Positions 11,117-24,340 of a stretch of DNA of 64,000 nucleotides are shown piece after piece. Position 1 is the stretch's first letter; each line of letters begins with the position of its first letter. The position numbers and the translations under genes are program-made. Below the pieces are notes generated by a model. The model did not search any database and was not told the origin of the DNA. It saw nothing but the letters and a program-made list of their open reading frames with translations. Origin of the DNA: Lingula anatina (lineage: Eukaryota > Animalia > Brachiopoda); contig CM120646.1 in NCBI GenBank assembly GCA_051362555.1, positions 2,356,001 through 2,420,000 of the forward strand. The letters are read 5' to 3'.

Positions 11117-14100
11117 ATGGACCAGTGTGACGTGCCCGAAAATATCATGACAAGTCAGTTTTGGCAACAGTTGCAGAAAGGACTGAGTCACTTCAACTTG
11201 CCGAAAACTGAGGACAGAACTCGGGTAAAGCTATAAAAGGAGATATTATTATTTGTACACATTATTCGTGTAGATGGACAGACAGATGTAAAAAAACAAC
11301 AACAATAAATCAATTCTATAAATGATTGAAATGCCACGTACAAGGTCCTGCATGCCATGATTGGTAACATACCTGTAAGAACAATTCTAAAAACATAACA
11401 AAATGCATATTACAAACTATGGGTCCTTTAAATGTCTTATTAGGGCGTTTTGCCTGCCATTTTGAAAAATCGTCATTTTACCAACATAGATGGCTGTTGT
11501 AAAAAATTACTTTTACATGTATGTTTAGCATCATTTGCCGTCATATAAAACACTATCAAAAACCCCAACTCTATTCAATACAGGTATATACATGCATATA
11601 GTTACATATACTAATCTATATGTAGTACACATGCTTGTATGCGTTTCCAAAATAGTAAAATTGCCGACGTAAAGAATGGTCATAGCTCAAATTTCTCATC
11701 AGAAATGAACTTTTTCGCCCATTTTATCTCTTGAATCAGCTGTTCCTCAGGAGATATAAAAAAGTTGAAACTTACCCTACCATACTGTTAAATTCATTTG
11801 TCAGACACGTCGTCTTCAGGCACAGGCAATTCCAATGTGTTGTGTGCCCTGGTGCATTTGTTCATTTTACCTCCGAAAATTGAGAGCGAATCCAGCGAGT
11901 ACATGCACCTATTTTGCTGCCACTCCTATGTAAGTGCAAAATTGAGATACCTACCAATTTATTTCATATGATTTGTATTCAGAATCCGCGTCCTAATCTC
12001 ACGGTTGAAGAAATCACGATGGTGGTACTGGGGGAATCCTCTCACCTGTCTGAACCTGTGTTTAGAGGGTGGGAAGCAGTGTCCTGGTGGTATGTTACTG
12101 GTACCCTCTTTAACATGGCTTCAGAAAGAATCCGCCAATGAAGGAGATCTGCAAACCTTACGAGTATACACGGCTGTCACATTTGACTCTTGTGGTAGGA
12201 CATTTTTGGACACCTTCACCCCACCTCGCCGTATCACTTACTGGATGAACATCCGCACACATACAGGTAATACATATACCAGTAATATCATGATGTTTCA
12301 ATTTTATTTCATTTCATTATCCAATTGGCACCGATAGTTATATACGCATGAATGGACTAGAAAATTCCTCAATCAATGTATTTATAAATAAATCAAAACA
12401 TTCTTCACGATTTCTATGACATACCCGTAATTCATTCAATTGTCATATAGATAATATTAATGAAAAAAATTCCAGGCGGTGGCTTGTCTGGAAGTTTTAA
12501 GCCCAATATTGAAATCCAGGAAATTGAAGAAAAGTACGTGGAATGCCCAAAGGGAGTTTCAGAAGTTTCCGAGCGACGATTAGAAGACCGTCTTCTCATG
12601 CGCACCATCGTGGCAGACGCGGGTGTCGGCTATCCACAGACGCTGGTGTTTCAATACAAACCGACCCTTCCCTATAGCCCCGGAAAGCACGATATTTATG
12701 TTGTCTCTCTTAGGAGTAAAGAAGATGAAAATGAGGCAATCAGAAAAACGCTAGATCTGTTCATTGGTTCTTTGGCAAAGAAAGGAATTAAAAAGGTACA
12801 TATCTGTCTGTCTGCCTGTCTTTCTTTGTGAGACAATTGGGAAAAGGAAATATTACAAAATAAGCCAAACTGAAATTCCTAAACAAAGAATATTCTCGGC
12901 TATATGTTTTTTGCCATACTGATGCATTTCTTTTTACAGGGTCTGTTTCTTCTTGTAGGTTGTGGTCAAACCACCTAGGCACACATCACTAAAAGTGTCC
13001 TACCACACCACCAATGACGTACAGGACAACTACACAGCCGTGTGTCGGGCATTGGTCGCCCTGGTAGAGGGCGAGAACATCATTGTGGAGGCATTCTGTG
13101 GGACCCTCAACCCATTACCTGTTCCTTCTCGTGACCACGAAGAACGTGCAGGTTGGTTATTTGAAGTTTAAGAATGAAAATCGTTTATTTTTCATTAATG
13201 TTCTTTTTATTACAATTTTAAATACCTTTTGATCGCAGAGAATTCAATTTGGTGTGGAAATCCCGGATAATTTTTTAAAGAACTATTTTCATTTAAAGAT
13301 TTTAATCGAGACGTAATTTTTCTTTAAATCTTGAAATTAGCAGGCGAAAACGATCTTACAAATATGTTTAAAATTTCTTGAACTTGGTTAATAACATGTT
13401 GCCGTTTTCTGCACGTACAATATATTCTAGTTGGCATCAAGACTAAGCCACTGTGCTGTGCTATTCGGGCTGTCATCTGCTGCACTCCTGACGGAAATCA
13501 GCTTGTGTCAGACATCGTCTGCGGTGTAGGTGACGCTGACATCACTCTCCATAGCAACAATACCTTGCCTGTGTCACTGGAGAGCTTCCTAATTCAGTGG
13601 GGGTTACAAAACAGATTAGATATTGAAAAGGTACCCGTAAATGGCCAATAATATTTGTCTATCTTTCACAGTATTCACTAACACTTGATCTCTTTCTTGG
13701 TTATCTCAATTTGATTGACTCTCCTAGATATTGTTTTTGACAACCTCTTAATTATTTCTATACTAACTTCAATACTCCGATTAACTTTATTTATTTCTTT
13801 AAGATCTATACGCTGATTTGATATAAATCTTTACCGGTAGAGGTTGACATGCAATAAGTCACAAGGACTTTTACTCGCTTTCACAATTTGGCTGCCTGTT
13901 TTTTAAACTAGAGTTGGTAAATTGGCCATGCTGAACACGCGAATCCCGTTTACATTTATTGTACTTGTCTACACTTTAATTTAATGAACTCTCATAGTGT
14001 TCAGTAACGTCTGTTTATATACAGCTGATTGTGAAAAGGGCACAGGGTACTTAATAAGATCCTTGTGTATTGGATAGCTAGATACCGATTATTGTAAAGC

Positions 14101-16394
14101 GATCCACTTAATTTCCATTTCTAAGACATTCTTTATATAACATTTAGATACACCAGGTCATCAAGCGGAAGGCGGAGGCCATAATGGAAACTTTGGTGAG
14201 CCACGAGGAAGGCCAGAACTGGGATGAACCAAGCAAATTATTACCGAGACCAAATGTAATAGGTACACAAAGGGTTTAACATTAATTCCAATACACGTGT
14301 TTATGCTGCCTACAATCGAAACTTTGTGATATTAGAGCGTTATTATGAATGAGAGTAGTAGTTATGAATCAATGGCGCCATAAAATGTGTGAATTGTCGA
14401 CAAAGCTGTTTTAAAGTACTTGCACCAAGAGAAGGATCAAACGCATATGCTAATAGTGAGAACGAGGTTAACGTTTTAATTCTATATAACGTGCATAGGT
14501 AGAGCGACGTCTAATAAAATGTTTATATATTCCTGCACCATTGCATATCTGTTAACCACAGCCCGTTTTCTGTTTAGGTGTCAATTTTGTCCTAACCCAG
14601 CAAAAGGGTGGAGACTACGATGCTGTAGCTATTAGCATTAATAATTGTGGAAAAACCATTGCAAACACGCAGATCTACGATTTTCAACATCCCTGCAATC
14701 TTGGAAAGAGTTTACGCCCCCTAGTGGCAACCATGGTCAACCGTAGTCAGCGGTTCCTTCTTCAAGGAAAACGGATTCTTTTAATTGGAGGTGGCGTCGG
14801 GATGCGCAAAAAGCATGCTTGGGAAGCCGCTGAGCAATACGGTGTGAAGGTAACTGTACACAATGCCAATCTGTTCCATCCCAAAAATCTGAAAATTAAT
14901 TTTTTCTGTCGTTTGTGACATTTCCTGAAAAAACATCTCTGTAACATTTTGTATAATGTTGTGAACATACAAAAAAAAAAAAAAAAAAAAAAAAAAGAAA
15001 AAAAAATACGAGACCGAAATCAAGTTATAAGTTATAATACTGATATTGTATATTTGTTTTGTACAGTTCTGTCCAATTCCCGTCTAGCTCTTCACAAAGC
15101 ATACAAATGTGCTAAAGTTTACATACCTTTAAATCTGTCAGTTTGTTTCGTTTTGCAGATGATTTTAGTTGATCCCGATCCAAATCACAGTGCGGTTAAA
15201 AGCGTTCACAAGTTTATTCAATGCGATATTAATGATCACAGCCAAGATGACATCAATGCAGACAAAATTATCCAAATACTGCGTAAGCAAAATCTGTCCA
15301 TAGACGGATGTATGACTGTCGAAGAAGGTCATATCCCTTTAATGTCACTGGTATGCACATCACTGCACCTGATCGGAATTACTCCCGATGTTGCAAGGAA
15401 GGTTAAGAAGAAAAGCCTCACCCAAAAATCCCTGAAAGAATCTTCGGCAAACATCTCTCTGTCGCCCGACCCATCACTGTTCGCAGTCAAAACGCACGAA
15501 GTCGTCCGATCCGATGATGTTGTGGGATCGTCCAACACCATCCATTACCCAGCCGTTTTGAAACTGGAGTACGGATCGGGCTGTGCTGGAGTTATTCTAG
15601 TCAAAGATGAGGCAGAATGCTTGGCACGCTATGACAACATCCAGAAAATCCTTAAAACCACAGACGACACAATTTTTGGGACGCGGCACGGGAACGACAT
15701 GCACTTGGCCGAATATGCGCTGGGATCGAAACATAACGTCGATATCATCATGTTTCAAGGGAAGATATTAGCGGCATTGATCTCCGACGGTGGTCCAACA
15801 CGCGTTCCAAATTTACTTTCGATGGCAGCGTGCACGCCTTCCTGTTTACCAGCTGAGAAACAGAGACAGCTTGTGACAGCAACATTCCAATGTGTTAGGG
15901 CGGTTGGACTCACCGACGGCGTATTTAACGTGGAGTTAAAAATGACTCTTACGGGCCCTAAACTTATTGAGATAAATGGACGCATGACTGGATTGGCAAA
16001 TAGGGACTTCCTTCGTATCGTCTATGAAACGGACATTCTCTTCTTAAATTACCTGATCGTGTGTGGGATTCAGCCGAACGTCCAGCCCATGGAACCTCGT
16101 TGCCAGCTCATGTGGGTAACATGTACATCAGCAGCCCACGCCAAGGCACTGTCCCGGTCGGGGACTGCCACGCCAGAGGTCCTTGCCGAGGCTCACAGCC
16201 GTGGAGAAATATAATACCATCAAAGGGAAACTGTACCTGAGGCAGATCCAGCCTACGAGAAGATATTTTGCCAAATAGGTGTAAAGGGGGAATCTGTAAG
16301 CGATGCAAAGAGAAAGTTGTTGGATGTTTGCAAGAAATATGGCGTCGATTGCGCCGAATTCCCTGTAGATTATTTTCTCTCCACCTTTGTGTAG
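11117..16394 (+). pseudogene. CARNS1: Carnosine synthase 1-like ATP-grasp ligase, complete 8-exon structure with two lesions
   Basis: Exons 11117-11224, 11983-12266, 12476-12795, 12959-13151, 13431-13630, 14148-14262, 14578-14849 and 15159-16394, all GT-AG. CARNS1-like motifs: LEGGKQCPG, IVCGVG, PLVATMVNRS..LLQGK.ILLIGGG, WEAA..YG, DPNH, KLEYG, FNVELKMT..GPKLIEINGR. A +1 frameshift at about 12031-12037. TAA at 16212-16214, with CARNS1-like sequence continuing in frame to ...FPVDYFLSTFV* at 16394. Confidence 0.85.
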
Positions 16395-17235
16395 TCACAG
16401 TTGATTTTAGACATCATCCCCAAGGACACCACCCTTCTACTTAGATCGATCAAACTCCACCGAATGCAATCGAATTAACAGACTATAACGCATTTTCTTT
16501 TTTTATGAACTTGTATAATCACCAGTTTTTTACTATTTTATTCAACACCAGATCGATAGGTTCATTGGGAATGAGCCCGTAGATGAAATACACTGATAAA
16601 ACAGTGTGTGGTTGCGGTAGGTGGGACGTATTTTTCATGTATTATAGGCCCACCCAGAATTCTGCTTCTGTTGTAAGTAACTAATGTGCCGTAGACTTGA
16701 ACACGTACTTTCGGCAGAAAATTGCAAAAAAAGGTGTTACTTTCATTTTTTGTTTATATATCTGAATATTGCCATTATGGGTTAAGCTTCGAGGGATCAA
16801 AACTGAACACCATGAAGAATCTTCCACTTTGAATCCTCGCTGTCACATATGGTACTGCCGTAATCGGTAAACATCCGGGTTCTTCTTAACAGGCCCCTCC
16901 AATATGTAGCCAATTCTTCTAAATTTACCCATTCAATATAGAGTCCAGTATAGAATGACACCTAGATGATACTGTAAACCAATCATCAACTTCTTTATTC
17001 GCACTGTAGCAGTACATTTGTGCATACGTTGCTTGGAATTATACTCCCGCTTACGTAACCCTTGGTATTAAATATTGATATCTTCACCGCCATTTTGTAT
17101 TTTCTGTATCACTAATCACGAAAGTTATGGTATCTGGAATGAAAATCGCTTTTTATAACAATCTTCACCTGCGGTGTGATCTTTTATAAATAAAAGCACA
17201 TGATACTGAAGGTGGGACAACCTTTTTGACCAGTG

Positions 17236-17297
<62 letters not shown>

Positions 17298-17413
17298 TTT
17301 ATCATGCATGTCAACGAAGTAAAAACATCCTATTTTGCAGTGTTTTATCTGATTATAATTGATTCTGCAAGCGCACAATTCGACTCAATTCAAAATTTAG
17401 TCACAAAGCGGTT

Positions 17414-18890
17414 TTATGCGGCAGCCTTTTCTTCGGCAGCAGCTTGAGCCACAGCTGTATTTGGGTTTGGTTTGGAGGGATCGAATGTGAACACCATGCA
17501 GGGTTCGGAGTCTGGGACCACCTTGTAGGCATCGTGCCATATGGCGGTGCAAAAGTCGGCGGCGGAGCTGTAAAATTCTTTGTACTTTTTACACACCGAG
17601 CCCTCTTTGCAGCTGTTAATTTCTAGGGAAAAAAACACAATTTAATTTTAGCATGATAATGTTTCTGGTGCTTGTGTCTACCTGATGGTCAGTGCCTCAC
17701 TATAGACATCGCTGTTTTTGTAGCAAACGCCACTTTATTATTTCATTAAAATGTAGAAGAATATACGTTGTTGGGAGATATTCATTATTTACAATGGCGC
17801 CATCTGTGTCCATACAGGCCTACGCCGTTTAAAAAGCACATCTATATAAATTAAACAAAATTCGACATTTTTCCTATGTGACTTATTTTAGGAGTTTAGG
17901 GTGAATCAAATGGCATCACTCACCGCCCCAGTCCATGTCAGTGATCCAGTTCCTATGACAAGTGTATTCCTCTTTGCAGGCATCCCACCATTCTTCACAC
18001 AGGCTGGCACAAAGCGGTACCTGATCAAGGTGGTCGAAATCCGGATATTCATACTGTAATGAAATGGTTAAGTTTGGGAGAGAGAGAAAGATATTTCAGT
18101 TAGCTTGCTCATAACCTCTCTTCATATATACATTAAAATGTTGCGTTTCTTTTTTTCTTTTTTTCCTTTCGAAAATTCCCATGAAATATGGGTGCATTTG
18201 GAAAAATGACTTAGCATCATGGTTTCACTCTAAATTAGGCTAAAGACACGTTAACAGATTTCTTGGTTATGCTTGTATATATGACTGTAGAGGGACAGAG
18301 AGAGAGAGATGGCTTCAGTGATCTTGCTCATGACTTTTCCACTTAATTTTCACTTTATACATGATATATGTTTTCCCATCCTTAAAATACAAACACAATA
18401 TTCCCCTTTGCAACTGCAAACAAAATAACGCGATTTATTTTTGGTTCGGAGCGCATGTCAGATACACAGTATTTTTTATTTCAAAAAAGTATATTTAAAG
18501 GCATAATAACTCTTTGTATGAGACCTATATTTCACAATAAAAACCTTGTGAATAACTCACAGAAATATAATATATTCTGTTTTACAACAAAAACAGCAGC
18601 TATAGCTTTTATTCTGATATTTGAACTTGTCTTTAGACCACGTGACCTCCATTGATGTCTATACTTTGTTAAAATCTCTTAAGAGATTTTAACAAAAAAC
18701 CAAACTTTTTAGAAAAAAACCAGGGACTAACTTTGAATGTAAAAATGGATTCAATAACCATTGGTAAGTATGGGAAAATTGTTGTTTACTCCAGGAAAAT
18801 TCATTTTTTGGCCGAAACGAAGAGTTATTATTGCTTTAACAACGCGGCTAAATGCAACTTATCACTTCTTTACATCCCCACGCATACAAA

Positions 18891-18964
<74 letters not shown>

Positions 18965-20969
18965 AGATACACACAGACGATCCAACAGACATCAGATAAT
19001 TGTACGTCATCATTCCTCTATGTCCCGTGTGGGACATAAGGCCACATATAATTTGTACGTACTGCCTTGATAATCCACGGACCAAGGTTGGGAGAACAGG
19101 AATAGAAGCATATATCTTGGTACATGAGTCTCGCACATTCCGGTGACAGACGCGGTTTGTCTGGACAGTGGACGTAATCTATCATTGAATCCCACACATG
19201 GTTCTCCAGAAAATCTGCAGTTGCGTTCGTGTTGCAACAGGACCTTTCTCGGAAACTCGGACACTAGAAAAAACAACACTTAGGTTGAAATAAACGCCAT
19301 GCATTCGACGCGATTTGACAAGGTCATTTACACTTTACGTTTCAGTAATACGAGTCAGTCCAACATTTTGCTTGTCATAAAGAAGTATACGCCACCTTAT
19401 TCCTTTTGAGCAGAAACTGTGGCTTCTTATGTTATGATAGGTTTGAACAATTGTACATTTAAGTTAAGGCACATTGTTAAATTCTATCGAGATATCAAAA
19501 ACAGGAGAAACGTGCGATTTATTATTTTCCTACATCATTGTTCAACATAAAGGAGAGTTTAACAGGTGCTTTAAATCATACACTTTGTAACATAGAACGT
19601 GATTAAAATAACCCGCAATAAAATGAATACTAGCTCATCAGTTTATCGTAACTGTAAGCAAAAAGTTCATTCCTTTTTTTTTTTTTTTACATTTTTCGCT
19701 CTCTATTTTGTGGATCTTGCGTGAAAACAGGGGTGTCTGGCGTCCCTGTTTTAATTATCCTTGAATAACAACATGTAAGTTATTTATAGAGGTTTCTTTC
19801 ATTTTTGTCTATGTCTGAACAAAGGATAATTACCAATGTCTGGAACTGGTGTTATAAAACAGTTCACTGTACCAGCATAGCTGCATTAGTCTCTGATCAA
19901 TTATTTAAAAAAAAACATAAAATATGACCTGCTTTTTTCAACTGTTAGTCTTTTCACTAAAATTGGCAAACGTGGCTGTTCATTTTAATCAGTCATGTAA
20001 TTTTTTTTCACTTTAAGGTTCCAGACCTTCAATGCACAAGAGATAACAGGTAGGCCAAAATGTTGCTCGTTCTAATCATATATATTGGTGTTTAAATATT
20101 TTTGGGGGGAATGACATAAAATATTGCTGCATTTAATGACAGCAGCTTTACATTGACAGTGCATTGTAGGAGTTTATCTAGTTTACTGCTAAAGTGGTGA
20201 CTAAGGTCCTGTCGTTATGGACAAATATTATCCATTGACTGATTGACTGCTTACAACTCATATACTGTGTCTCTATGAAATTAAATCTCACAGACAAATA
20301 AAAATTCAATATTAGATGGTCTTCTAACAGTTAAGCCAGTCTGAAGGAGAGCGATATAAGGCTAAGAAATTCAATTAAAACAATTTAATGTTCTCCAGAG
20401 AATCGAAGACACGTAACAAAGAAGTTAAAAGCTATTCTAGGAATTTAACAATGTTCACCTTAGCAACAGGTATGGCATGGCTACAAGAAATACTTTTCTA
20501 CTATTGTCAAGCTTGTGTCAATCTTAACAATACTTGACTATCTTATATTTATAGATCTACATGTGCCATAATTGTCACAATTACACACCATACACATGAT
20601 GTATTCAACGAAACAAATGTCAGCAAAACCTCTCTCTCTCTTCCTCTCTTTTAGTCACACAAACCATTTATGCGTTTTGACTATATTTTTCATTCATTCT
20701 CTCTCTCTTTCTCTTTCTCTCACACACACACACAACATGCGCACAAAAACATTCATAAATATACATACATACATACACACATATATATACATACAATCTC
20801 GCACCTCTAAATCTGGCTCGGGTGATGCAGTTGTCTTGCTGGCCCCTACTATTGGCAAGGTAATACACATGTTCATATAGTCATCTGCAGTCTTCGGTTC
20901 ACCAGCCCGAACTAAGATTTGGATGTTCAGTAAAACGAGACTGAAGATCAGAATTGTCTTCATTATCAT
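17414..20969 (-). CDS. Secreted folate receptor / riboflavin-binding-like protein B, about 234 aa
   Basis: Exons 20969-20805, 19263-19063, 18053-17924 and 17622-17414 (165/201/130/209 nt). GT-AG introns, open frame, signal peptide, 16 Cys. Ends AAAEEKAAA* with no GPI tail. Confidence 0.9.
18499..18835. mobile_element. Kolobok-like MITE in gene B intron 2
   Basis: TTAA TSD at 18495 and 18836. TIR AGGCATAATAACTCTTTGT / ACGAAGAGTTATTATTGCT. Empty site GTATATTTTAACAACGCG at about 24211 in gene C. Confidence 0.8.
19008..19045 (-). mobile_element. Very short 5'-truncated RTE-like LINE/SINE 3' end
   Basis: Minus strand reads GGCCTTATGTCCCACACGGGACATAGAGGAATGATG (hairpin plus a short TGA tail). It lies between near-duplicated ATAAT(T)TGTACGT and is absent from the equivalent site in gene E. 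Confidence 0.5.
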
Positions 20970-21009
20970 ACGTGTGGAGTTGAACAAAATGATGAGGAGT
21001 CCTCTTTCC

Positions 21010-21075
21010 ATTGCTATATTGACTCTAACTTGTCTGACGTAGAATTTGAATCATTGCTGTCAGAGCCAATCAAAT
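21010..21075 (-). promoter_or_regulatory. Conserved proximal promoter module of the secreted paralogs (CCAAT box, TGACGT, TATA-like)
   Basis: GCCAATCAAA occurs at 21066, 26050, 40947, 44895, 50439, 55339 and 61513. CTGACGTA and a TATA-like motif lie between it and the ATG. Gene D has a perfect TATAAAAG at 40899-40892. Confidence 0.55.
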
Positions 21076-21662
21076 TGAACTTATACCGGTGACAATATTA
21101 CCATCTAAACAACGGTGCACAATACGTAATAGTAGGCCGTCAGATGTATGTCTTTAGATAGAAGACTGTTTTGAAACGTATAATTTTCAAAACAATCAAA
21201 TATACTTGAGAAGCCTCATACTGAGAATGACGAGTCATATTTCATTGGCGGTATTTGTACATAATCATGAAGATATATGACTGCATTGTCTAGAAAAAAT
21301 CACCACAAAACAGCATACAGGTTGAAATGAACACATTATTTCATACGTATTTTGTTTCCTACCCATTAAAATCAAAGTACAGTAAACCAAAGTCATGCAT
21401 ATTGTTAAACAATTGCCTTTATATTTTCCTGCATCTTATGCAGATACGTATTTTCTGTATCCTGTAGCCCTTTTTTGACTAACATTACTAACATAAACAT
21501 TGTTTCCTTTTTAAAATAAAAAGTAACTACCTGAAATATGATTAGTTATATATGTTCATAAAACTAAGTCGCGTAATTAATTCTGGCGTTTACTGGTGTG
21601 TTAACTGGTATAAGATATTATATTATTTTCAGAACATTTACCTGGACAAATTAAAGCTTCTT

Positions 21663-21742
<80 letters not shown>

Positions 21743-21776
21743 ATGAGTTAGCATACCTCCCCAGTGACACATAGAT

Positions 21777-22246
21777 CAAACCTACAACCTGGAAACAAAA
21801 CCTGCTGACCTTTTTACCATGATATCACATAAAGGGTGTGGGCAACTGAAAGCCCGGGTCAGTAATAAGTGCACGAGTTCTGCATGTAGAAACACACAGA
21901 AAGCCACTTGGTCATGCATAAAACCAACTATGACTAATAAAGTAATGTTTATACTGACAAACATGATGAAAATTGTTCTCCGCGCCGTCTGCTCACTGCC
22001 ATCACAAGTACTGGAACGAGGCTTACTTTCCTGCGAAAGGGGTCAGCCAGACACTGGCCCCCGGTGATTTGACTCTGATTAAAGGACTTCATGAGAGCCA
22101 GCGGGTGATTGAACCTGATAAGAAAGTCTAAAGACTCTGGTAGTGGGGTAATTTGACCCTTATATAGGAGTCAAATTAACTCCATGAGGGTCAAGGGGTG
22201 CTGGACTCTGACTAGAGAGTCAAATGGCTCCAATTTATTCTAAGTG
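21777..22246 (-). mobile_element. Half copy of the CACTA-like element
   Basis: Reverse complement of about 2010-2514, ending in the degenerate TIR ATTTATTCTAAGTG. Confidence 0.75.
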
Positions 22247-22269
22247 CAGATGTGTGAAAAGGAAAAGAG

Positions 22270-22625
22270 CCATGCTAACAGTTCAGTGAATTTATCGTTT
22301 TGAATTCGTTCTCTCTTGGGAGACTGTGAATTCGTGGACAGCAGTTGGGTCGGGGCTGTAAAGGAGGATGCAGTGCTATGTTCTGGATCTCAGCTGGGCT
22401 CTGGTCCTAGCTCTGCATCTGATTTGACTCTGGCTTTTGATCCGGGTTGTGTACCCGAACTGGTTCTGTTCTGGGTTCTGGTACCAAAATGGGTAGGGGA
22501 TCTAGTCTGGTCTCTGGTTCTAAACTGGGTACTGGTTCTTTTCTGGGCTCTGGTTCTGAACTGGATACGGGTTCTGGTCTGGGCTCTGGTCCTGAACTGG
22601 GTACCGGTTCTGGTCCGTGATCTGG
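22270..22625 (-). pseudogene. 3' part of the Pro/Glu/Ser repeat ORF family
   Basis: 36-nt CCAGAGCCCAGACCAGAACCCGTACCCAGTTCAGAA-type repeats, followed by SFTAPTQLLSTNSQSPKRERIQNDKFTELLAW. This is homologous to the tail at 26543-26650. Contains an in-frame stop. Confidence 0.55.
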
Positions 22626-23181
22626 CTTTGTTAATCTTCAGAATTTGAAATTCATAGTTTGAAAAAGGATATTTTTCAACTCCCTTGTGATAAATACAGT
22701 CATTTACGTCGCTATCACCTAGGTATAGGACCATTATGTATTGGTACAAAGAAATTTTGTCAAAGTAATTTAGTTTAGCCATAATTTGGGACATAAACTC
22801 GATCAATTTGATCTAAATGGTGTCACGATCAGTGGCACTATGGAAGAAATACCAAAGATAAGACGATTGCATTCCAACATTTGCTTCCAGGTATTGCATG
22901 TGGAGTTTACAGTAGGGTTCTGATTGGCGAAAAGCATAAATAGTTGCAGTTGTGGAGGATAAAAATAGTTGGATATTCAGCAAGACTACAGTAACTGAAT
23001 TAAAAATTAAAAATTGTTTTGTTGTATATTATATCATATTCTTTTGTCACATTTACCATGTTAAAAAGCATGATAAGGAAGTAAAAACACCTAATTTTGC
23101 AGAGTGGGCTTTATCTGAATATCAGGGTGATTCTACAAGCGCACAATTCGACTAAATTCAAAGTTTAGCCACAAAGCAGTT

Positions 23182-24297
23182 TTATGCGGTCGCCTTTTTC
23201 TCGGCAGCAGCTTGAGCCACGGCTGTATTTGGATTTGGTTTCGAGGGGTCGAAGGTGAATGCCAAGCAGGGTTCAGAGTCTGGAACCACCTTATAGGCAT
23301 CGTGCCACATGGCGGTGCAGAAGTCAGCAGCGGAGCTGTAAAACTCTTTGTACTTTTTACACACCGAGCCCTCCTTGCAGCTGTTAATTTCTAGGGAAAA
23401 ACACAATTTAAATTTATTGAGCATAAGTATATGTCTTGTGCACGTGGCTACGTTATGATTAGTGACACACTTTAGATAATTGATGCAGCGATATTGTAGC
23501 AAACTTAAAGTTTCGGCAACCGGTTTGCAGGGGTTTGAATCGTATGTTGATGATTTGCAGTAAATTTGCAAAAAAGAAAAAAAAACCCAAGTTTGCAGCA
23601 GGTTTGTAGGAAAGTCGTTGTCTTCTAGCAGTTTCGCAGAAAATTAGCGGTTATAATTAGCAAGAACAACTTTGTAAGTTTACAAGATGGTCTTCATTTT
23701 CTTGCAAATTTGAAGCAAATTTGATGCAAATTCGCGGCAAATTAGCAGCAAATTTGTAATAAGTTTGCAGAAAATTTGCGAGAGAGTTTGCCGAAGGACT
23801 AATATTTTACCAAGGGATGTCACTTAATTATTTAATATAAATGCAGTAGAATATACGTCGGCGGGAAATACACATACATCTGCATCGATTTTCACCAATC
23901 CCTGTCTGACTTATTTTAGGAGATCAGCTTGAATCAGATGGCATCACTCACCGTTCCAGTCCATGTCAGTGATCCAGTCCCTATGACAAGTGTATTCCTC
24001 TTTACAGGCATTCCACCATTCTTCACACTGGCTGGCACAAAGTGGTGCCTGAACAATAAGGTCGAAATACGGATGTTCATCCTGTAATGAAATGGATAAG
24101 TTTGTGAGAGAGGGAGGGGGTTAGGTATCTTCCACACAGTATCTCTTGATATATATATATATATAACTTTATTATTAATGTCAAATACACAGTATTTTAA
24201 TTTCAAAAAAGTATATTTTAACAACGCGACTAAATACATAATGCATGTCATCACTTCTTTACATCTCTGCGCATACAAACACACACACATACACACG

Positions 24298-24340
<43 letters not shown>

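Noticed and set aside
7926-12266. Rescue of CARNS1 by splicing the intact exon 2 of copy 1 into copy 2
   Set aside because: Copy 1 exon 1 has a stop, the intact exon 1 lies downstream of that exon 2, and the last-exon stop would remain.
14949-15158. N-terminal extension of the 421-aa ORF (poly-Lys)
   Set aside because: It is intron sequence containing a poly-A run. The exon starts after TTTTGCAG at 15159.
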